Shown one piece after another: positions 59,281 to 64,000 of a stretch of DNA of 64,000 nucleotides. Position 1 is the first letter of the stretch; each line of letters begins with the position of its first letter. The notes beneath the pieces are model-generated. The model did not search any database. It was given only the letters and a program-made list of their open reading frames with translations, and was not told where the DNA came from. The DNA is from Verrucomicrobiales bacterium (GTDB taxonomy: Bacteria > Verrucomicrobiota > Verrucomicrobiia > Limisphaerales > UBA9464), in NCBI GenBank assembly GCA_027490985.1, contig JAIXXC010000269.1, positions 665-64,664 on the forward strand. The letters are read 5' to 3'. A program made the translations under genes and the position numbers.

Positions 59281-59535
59281 CTATTGATTCGAAGCGGATT
59301 CACCCGTTTCGGCTTCGGCGTTCACACGCTTGGACCGACGGGCAATGAACACAAAGAAGCTGCCAAAAAACACCCACGCCGCGGCCACGAAGACCAGCAT
59401 CACATAGATGCCGGCATTCATTCCCTGGGCCAACGCCTCATCGGTCTTGCCGAAGCAGGCGGTGCACGCATTCAACGTCGTCGACGACAGCAACAGCATC
59501 GACAGCACACTCGAGAGGGCGGCGCGGAGCGTCAT
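59281..59535 (-). CDS. Small membrane protein (84 aa) with CxxC motif, oxidase-operon embedded
   Basis: From ATG 59535: MTLRAALSSVLSMLLLSSTTLNACTACFGK... plus a second TM helix IYVMLVFVAAAWVFFGSFFVFI. ATGA overlap with the upstream 68-aa ORF and 23 nt before the subunit II gene. I recognise no family. Confidence 0.55.
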   Translation of the reverse strand: MTLRAALSSVLSMLLLSSTTLNACTACFGKTDEALAQGMNAGIYVMLVFVAAAWVFFGSFFVFIARRSKRVNAEAETGESASNQ

Positions 59536-59738
59536 AGGAAACTGATGTTGCGGAGCTTCCGAAGAAAAAACCGTCCGTAGGCCACGAGCGCCACCACCGA
59601 ACCCGCCGCGCAAAGGCTCCATACGAGGTATTCCGTCGAACGGGTCTCCTGATAAGACAGGAAGCTCCATCCGCACAGGAAGGCCATGAGGATCACCGAT
59701 GCCGCCACGAACACGATGTGGAACGCTTTAAGGGACAT
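59532..59738 (-). CDS. Small two-TM membrane protein (68 aa), oxidase-operon embedded
   Basis: MSLKAFHIVFVAASVILMAFLCGWSFL...LVWSLCAAGSVVALVAYGRFFL. It overlaps the subunit IV gene stop by 11 nt and the next ORF by 4 nt. Confidence 0.55.
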   Translation of the reverse strand: MSLKAFHIVFVAASVILMAFLCGWSFLSYQETRSTEYLVWSLCAAGSVVALVAYGRFFLRKLRNISFL

Positions 59739-60096
59739 ACAGGGTCTTGGTCGTCGAATTCCTGGGAAGGTCGTTGCTGCCCCAGAGGGTCAATCCCATC
59801 AGCGCCACGAAGAAGATCGCCGAAAGCACCAGCACGCCATACACCAGCTTCTTTTCAGACAAGAGGTGCATGAAGTAACCGGCCACCAGGAAGGCCTTGA
59901 TCGAGGCGATGAACAAAGCCACCGCCACGGTGAGGGCCATGCTGCTGAAATCGACATAATACATCGCCACCGTGAGGACGGTACCGACGAGCAGCGCCCC
60001 GAAGATGATCAGATAGGTCCGGACATGGGCCGCAATGTCGTGATCATGGTCGTCGCCGCCGTGGGAGGCCGCGTGCGAAGAGTTGTGTTGGCTCAT
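59728..60096 (-). CDS. Cytochrome c oxidase subunit IV (prokaryotic COX4/CyoD-like)
   Basis: From ATG 60096: MSQHNSSHAASHGGDDHDHDIAAHVRTYLIIFGALLVGTVLTV..., a His-rich N-terminus plus 3 TM segments, as in the CyoD/CtaF family. Confidence 0.85.
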   Translation of the reverse strand: MSQHNSSHAASHGGDDHDHDIAAHVRTYLIIFGALLVGTVLTVAMYYVDFSSMALTVAVALFIASIKAFLVAGYFMHLLSEKKLVYGVLVLSAIFFVALMGLTLWGSNDLPRNSTTKTLYVP

Positions 60097-60104
60097 AGAA
60101 GTGA

Positions 60105-60956
60105 TCAGAGGAGGTAAACCACCGGGAACAGGAAGATCCAAACCAGATCCACGAAGTGCCAGAACAGCCCACCCACCTCGATGCGGTTGATGAACTGCTC
60201 GGGGTTGGACTTCCACATCTTGGCACCGGGGAAGGCGAAATAGGCCAACACCAGAGCGCCGCCCAGCACGTGCAAGCCATGCAGCGCGGTGATCAGGAAG
60301 TACACCGCGAAGAACGGATGGGTCGCCGGCGTGTACGAGCCGAGGGAAACGATGTCGGCCACCGCGATCTCACGAACTTCGTGAGCGTGGGAACCATGGC
60401 TCTTCACGTGACCGTGGATGTCCCGCTCGGGATCCACTTCCACCTTGATCTGGGTGATCTTCTTGTCGGCCAGCTTGGCGACATCCCACTGGTCGTTGAA
60501 ATTCCAGAAGCGAGGGTGCTTGCCGTCGACCTCGATGTGGCCGGTCACAGCCTTGCCGTCTTTGAGGCGCACCACATAGTGGCTGAACTTGTCGTTGTAC
60601 TCGAAGGACTTGATCCCCAAGAAGGCGAACGCGCACACCACCGTGATGACCATGTACACCCGGAAGCGGGCAAAGTTGTTCATCTTCAGGGCGGCCCAGG
60701 CGAGGACGACCGTCACGGAAGAGGTGATGAGCACCGCCGTATTGAACGTACCGATCGGGATGTTCAGGAGACCCCGAGGCCAGGCCAGCGCCAGATCAGG
60801 CCAGAACCCGGCGGGCGCACTGACCCGCAAGAGGATGTAGGCCGAGAACAAGGCACCGAAGAGCATGATCTCGGAGGCGAGAAACAGCCAGATGCCCACC
60901 TTGGCGTTGTAAAGCCCGGTATCGGGTCTGGGTTTGTACGTGTAGGGGATTTCCAT
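60105..60956 (-). CDS. ctaE: Cytochrome c oxidase subunit III (with ~75-aa inserted soluble segment)
   Basis: GIWLFLASEIMLFGALFSAY ... FFAVYFLITALHGLHVLGG ... GLFWHFVDLVWIFLFPVVYL. Confidence 0.9.
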   Translation of the reverse strand: MEIPYTYKPRPDTGLYNAKVGIWLFLASEIMLFGALFSAYILLRVSAPAGFWPDLALAWPRGLLNIPIGTFNTAVLITSSVTVVLAWAALKMNNFARFRVYMVITVVCAFAFLGIKSFEYNDKFSHYVVRLKDGKAVTGHIEVDGKHPRFWNFNDQWDVAKLADKKITQIKVEVDPERDIHGHVKSHGSHAHEVREIAVADIVSLGSYTPATHPFFAVYFLITALHGLHVLGGALVLAYFAFPGAKMWKSNPEQFINRIEVGGLFWHFVDLVWIFLFPVVYLL

Positions 60957-60995
60957 GGTCGAATCGGGAAAGGGTTGGACCGTGACTGGAACGGA

Positions 60996-62816
60996 TCAGT
61001 TCTTGTCGCCCTGAGGGGTGAAGTCGGTCTTGGCACCGGGCACGCTGTACTCGTAGGGGCCACGGTAGGCCACCGGCTCCTGGAGGAAGTTGCCGTGCGG
61101 CGGCGGGGTCGGGGTCGCCCATTCCAGAGTCGTGGCCTGCCACGGATTGTCGGAGGTGGCCCGCTTGCCCGCGAAGATGCTCGAGAAGAAGTTGATGATG
61201 AACGGGATCTGGGCGATTCCGAGGCCGATAGCGCACCAGAAGATCATCTTGTTCAGGCTCAACACGCCCGGATCGGCACCGATGCCGGCGTCAGGGCCGA
61301 AGTAGGTCGTGCCACCGTCGGACATACGCCGGGACATGCCCTTGAAGCCCTGGATGAACATCGGGGCGAAGACGCAGTTCATGAAGAACAGGGAACCGGC
61401 CCAGTGCAGCTTGCCGAGCAACTCGTTCATGTGACGCCCCGTGATCTTGGGGAACCAGTAGTAGATGCCCGCGAAGACGGCGAACATCGTGCCCGGGGCC
61501 ACGACGTAGTGGAAATGGCCGATCACGTAGTACGAATCGTGCAGGAAGATGTCGGAGGCGTTGAATCCCAGCGGCAGGCCGGTGAGGCCACCGATGCCGA
61601 ACATCGGCAGGAACGACAGGGCGAACAGCGAGGCGGAGTTGAAGCGGATGGAACCACCCCACAGGGAGATGAAGAGCGCCGTCAGGATGATCACCGACGG
61701 GATCGAAATCATCATCGTGGTGGTCTGGAAGAACGTGGCCACCTTGGTGCCCATACCCGTGAGGTACATGTGGTGAGCCCACACGATGAACGAGAGGAAA
61801 CCGATGCTCATGGCCGCATAGACCATGCTCTTGTAGCCCCACAACGGCTTTCGGATGTTGTTGGACACGACTTCGGCCACGATGCCGATCGCCGGGAGGA
61901 TCAGCACGTACACCTCGGGATGTCCGAGGAACCAGAACAAATGCTGCCACAGCAAGGGGCTGCCACCACCGGAGACCGGCAGCGGGGTTCCGCTGACCAC
62001 GAGACCCTGAGGCAGGAAGAACGAGCTGCCGAAGAGATTGTCCATCAACTGCATCAGGCCGGCCGCCTCGAGCGGGGGGAAGGCCAGGAGCAGCAGGAAG
62101 CCGGTCACGAACTGGGCCCACACGAAGAAGGGCATGCGCATCCAGCTCATCCCGCGGCAGCGGAGCTGGATGATGGTGGCGATGAAATTGACCGAACCCA
62201 GCAGCGACGAGGTGATCAGGAGCACCATGCCGATCAGCCAGTAGGTCTGACCGTCGAAGCGGTTGGCCAGATCGGTGATCGACGCCAACGGGGAGTAGGA
62301 GGTCCAACCCGAGCGGGCGGCACCACCCGGGGTGAAGAAGCTGGCGAACATCACCACGCCACCCAGGAAGTAGCAGTGGAAGCTGGCCATGTTCAACCGG
62401 GGGAAGGCCATGTCGGGGGCCCCGATCTGCAGCGGCGTGACGTAGTTGCCGAAGGCGCCGAAGAGCACCGGAACGATGGCCAAGAACACCATGATGGTGC
62501 CGTGCATCGCGCCGAAGGAATTGTAGAGGTCACCCCCCATGATCCCGCCCTTGGCCATGTCTTCGCCCAGCACCTTTTCGAGCAGGGCACCCACGATGGG
62601 GATGGGCTTGCCCGGATTGGCCAACTGGAAGCGCATCACCAGCATCAGGAAAAACCCGAACAGCAGGAACAACAGCGACGACACTCCGTACTGGATGCCG
62701 ATCACCTTGTGGTCGGTGCTGAAGATGTACTTGCCGAAGAAACCCGGCTCATGATGCGCGTGACCGTGCGATGACTCGGTCGCGCTCGTGTGGGCGTGGG
62801 AGGCTGAGGATTGCAT
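60996..62816 (-). CDS. ctaD: Cytochrome c oxidase subunit I
   Basis: 606 aa. STDHKVIGIQY, GAPDMAFPRLN, WFLGHPEVYVLILP, and VWAHHMY are heme-copper oxidase signatures. Confidence 0.97.
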   Translation of the reverse strand: MQSSASHAHTSATESSHGHAHHEPGFFGKYIFSTDHKVIGIQYGVSSLLFLLFGFFLMLVMRFQLANPGKPIPIVGALLEKVLGEDMAKGGIMGGDLYNSFGAMHGTIMVFLAIVPVLFGAFGNYVTPLQIGAPDMAFPRLNMASFHCYFLGGVVMFASFFTPGGAARSGWTSYSPLASITDLANRFDGQTYWLIGMVLLITSSLLGSVNFIATIIQLRCRGMSWMRMPFFVWAQFVTGFLLLLAFPPLEAAGLMQLMDNLFGSSFFLPQGLVVSGTPLPVSGGGSPLLWQHLFWFLGHPEVYVLILPAIGIVAEVVSNNIRKPLWGYKSMVYAAMSIGFLSFIVWAHHMYLTGMGTKVATFFQTTTMMISIPSVIILTALFISLWGGSIRFNSASLFALSFLPMFGIGGLTGLPLGFNASDIFLHDSYYVIGHFHYVVAPGTMFAVFAGIYYWFPKITGRHMNELLGKLHWAGSLFFMNCVFAPMFIQGFKGMSRRMSDGGTTYFGPDAGIGADPGVLSLNKMIFWCAIGLGIAQIPFIINFFSSIFAGKRATSDNPWQATTLEWATPTPPPHGNFLQEPVAYRGPYEYSVPGAKTDFTPQGDKN

Positions 62817-62827
62817 AGATTGGGAAA

Positions 62828-63841
62828 TCAGGCGCCGTCTCCCGGAAGACGGAACCGCCGATTGAATACAAACGCGCCGGGGCGTGGTACAGAAATTGTT
62901 GATTCGGACGAATGAAATGAGCTTTTCGAAGGCACTTCCTTAGCGCGATCCATGACCAAGACCGCCAGGAGCACCGGGAGATAGAAGATCGAGGCGAAGA
63001 ACAAACGGCGGGCCGCCATGGCATTGAGCAGCAGGGCAAACCGGATGGCCTGGACCAGGAAAAGCCCTCCCAACACGAGAGCGAAAGCCAAGTAGATCCG
63101 CCCGCTGATCCCCTGCAGGAACGGCACGATGCTCACGAAGATGAGGGCGATCGTGTTGCGGATCGCCGAGGCCGCCGATCGGCGACCGTCGGGATCGTTG
63201 CCAGAAAGCATCCGAAATCCGGCCTTGGAATACTCGTCGCGGTACAACCAAGCGATGGCCATGAAGTGGGGCAATTGCCAGAAGAACAGGATCGCAAAGA
63301 GAGCCCACCCTCCGGCCCCGAGTTCGCCCGTGGCCGCGGTCCACCCCATCAGGGGAGGCAGGGCTCCGGGAATGGCCCCCACCCAGGTGTTCAACTCCGT
63401 CGTCTGCTTGAGCGGGGTGTAGACGAAGACATAGGTGGCCAGCGTCAGCGCGCCCAAGAAGGCCGTCAGCAGATTCACCAGGCGGGCCAACCACGCCAAT
63501 CCGAGGATCGACACCCCGACACCGAAGGCGAGGACGATCAGGGGAGTCAGGATTCCGGCCGGAATGGGACGCGAGGCCGTGCGTTTCATCCGGGCATCCA
63601 GATCGCGCTCCCACCATTGATTGAGCGCCGACGCGCCCGCCGCGAGCAGCGAGGTGCCCACGATCGCATGCAGGCAACCGATCCAGTCCGACGATGGCGA
63701 TGAACCCAGCGAAAACCCCATCCAGGTGGTCAAAACGACCATGAGGGTGAGCCGGGCTTTGACCAGATCGCTGAGGACCGTCACCCAACTTCGAAGCGAG
63801 CGCCCGGGAATCGGGGGAGCGATGGGGGAGGCGGCATTCAC
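62828..63841 (-). CDS. ctaB: Protoheme IX farnesyltransferase (heme O synthase)
   Basis: UbiA-family motifs NQWWERDLDARMKRTASRPIPAG and the polytopic pattern. Confidence 0.9.
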   Translation of the reverse strand: MNAASPIAPPIPGRSLRSWVTVLSDLVKARLTLMVVLTTWMGFSLGSSPSSDWIGCLHAIVGTSLLAAGASALNQWWERDLDARMKRTASRPIPAGILTPLIVLAFGVGVSILGLAWLARLVNLLTAFLGALTLATYVFVYTPLKQTTELNTWVGAIPGALPPLMGWTAATGELGAGGWALFAILFFWQLPHFMAIAWLYRDEYSKAGFRMLSGNDPDGRRSAASAIRNTIALIFVSIVPFLQGISGRIYLAFALVLGGLFLVQAIRFALLLNAMAARRLFFASIFYLPVLLAVLVMDRAKEVPSKSSFHSSESTISVPRPGAFVFNRRFRLPGDGA

Positions 63842-63852
63842 TCGGCGTGGAT

Positions 63853-64000
63853 TTAGCGCACTGCGGCGGTTTCAGGAAGCCCCGAATCCAAAACCGACGG
63901 TGCCGTCGCGACCGCGGAACCCCGATGGGTCCGGGCGGCCCAACTGAACCAGCACCCCACGGCCAAGGTCAGGGAACCCACCGCCACATGGGCCGTGGCG
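63853..64000 (-). CDS. COX15/CtaA-like heme A synthase, C-terminal fragment (5' end outside window)
   Basis: The minus-strand frame from the window edge reads ATAHVAVGSLTLAVGCWFSWAA... and ends at TAA (63853-63855). The conserved His in the last TM helix and the position upstream of ctaB suggest CtaA. Only 49 codons are visible. Confidence 0.45.
   Translation of the reverse strand, partial: ATAHVAVGSLTLAVGCWFSWAARTHRGSAVATAPSVLDSGLPETAAVR

Noticed and set aside
60156-62774. 872-aa ORF on the + strand
   Set aside because: It is antisense to cytochrome oxidase subunits I and III, which are among the most confidently identified genes in the window. The translation is His/Asp/Gly/Arg-rich low-complexity sequence.

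Overview
Visibly GC-rich, gene-dense chromosomal segment. Gene content suggests a PVC-group bacterium, possibly Verrucomicrobiota-like: DUF1501, DUF3616, a futalosine-type radical SAM enzyme, sigma-54, and weak or absent Shine-Dalgarno sites. This placement is inference only. All family calls come from reading motifs in the supplied translations; no searches were run. About 60 protein genes are supportable. On the minus strand these include the flagellar type III export-gate operon (fliO-fliP-fliQ-fliR-flhB-flhA), priA, an unusually long rpoN, mazG, proB, ruvB, rpsF-ssb-rplI, rplY-pth, prs and ispA. The minus strand also carries a DevBCA/MacAB-like efflux set with TolC and a complete aa3-type cytochrome oxidase cluster (ctaA', ctaB, subunits I, III, IV, two small membrane ORFs, subunit II, SCO1, DUF420). 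On the plus strand are an OppD/OppF ATPase pair with an outer-membrane barrel, a Ski2-like helicase, a DHDPS-like protein, a B12-radical-SAM protein, a GspE/GspF pair, DUF1501, actP, an AEC transporter, an M16 peptidase, rseP and ispG. I found no rRNA, tRNA, CRISPR array, transposase, integrase or recognisable defence island. Because of the GC content, most long ORFs in the track are antisense or off-frame artefacts, or N-terminal over-extensions; starts were trimmed where a signal peptide, a conserved N-terminus or an ATGA overlap supports it. No clear-cut novel system is evident. The best candidates for follow-up are: (1) a translationally coupled thioredoxin-like lipoprotein plus heme-c / PHM-DBH-like copper monooxygenase / TPR protein; (2) a roughly 140-aa insertion inside sigma-54; (3) an ~840-bp low-GC non-coding region full of triple short tandem repeats and a CCGATCGG palindrome array upstream of rpsF; (4) two small membrane ORFs embedded in an atypically ordered oxidase operon; (5) recurrent C-rich short tandem repeats just 3' of stop codons; (6) an orphan ABC ATPase followed by a 611-aa polytopic membrane protein.
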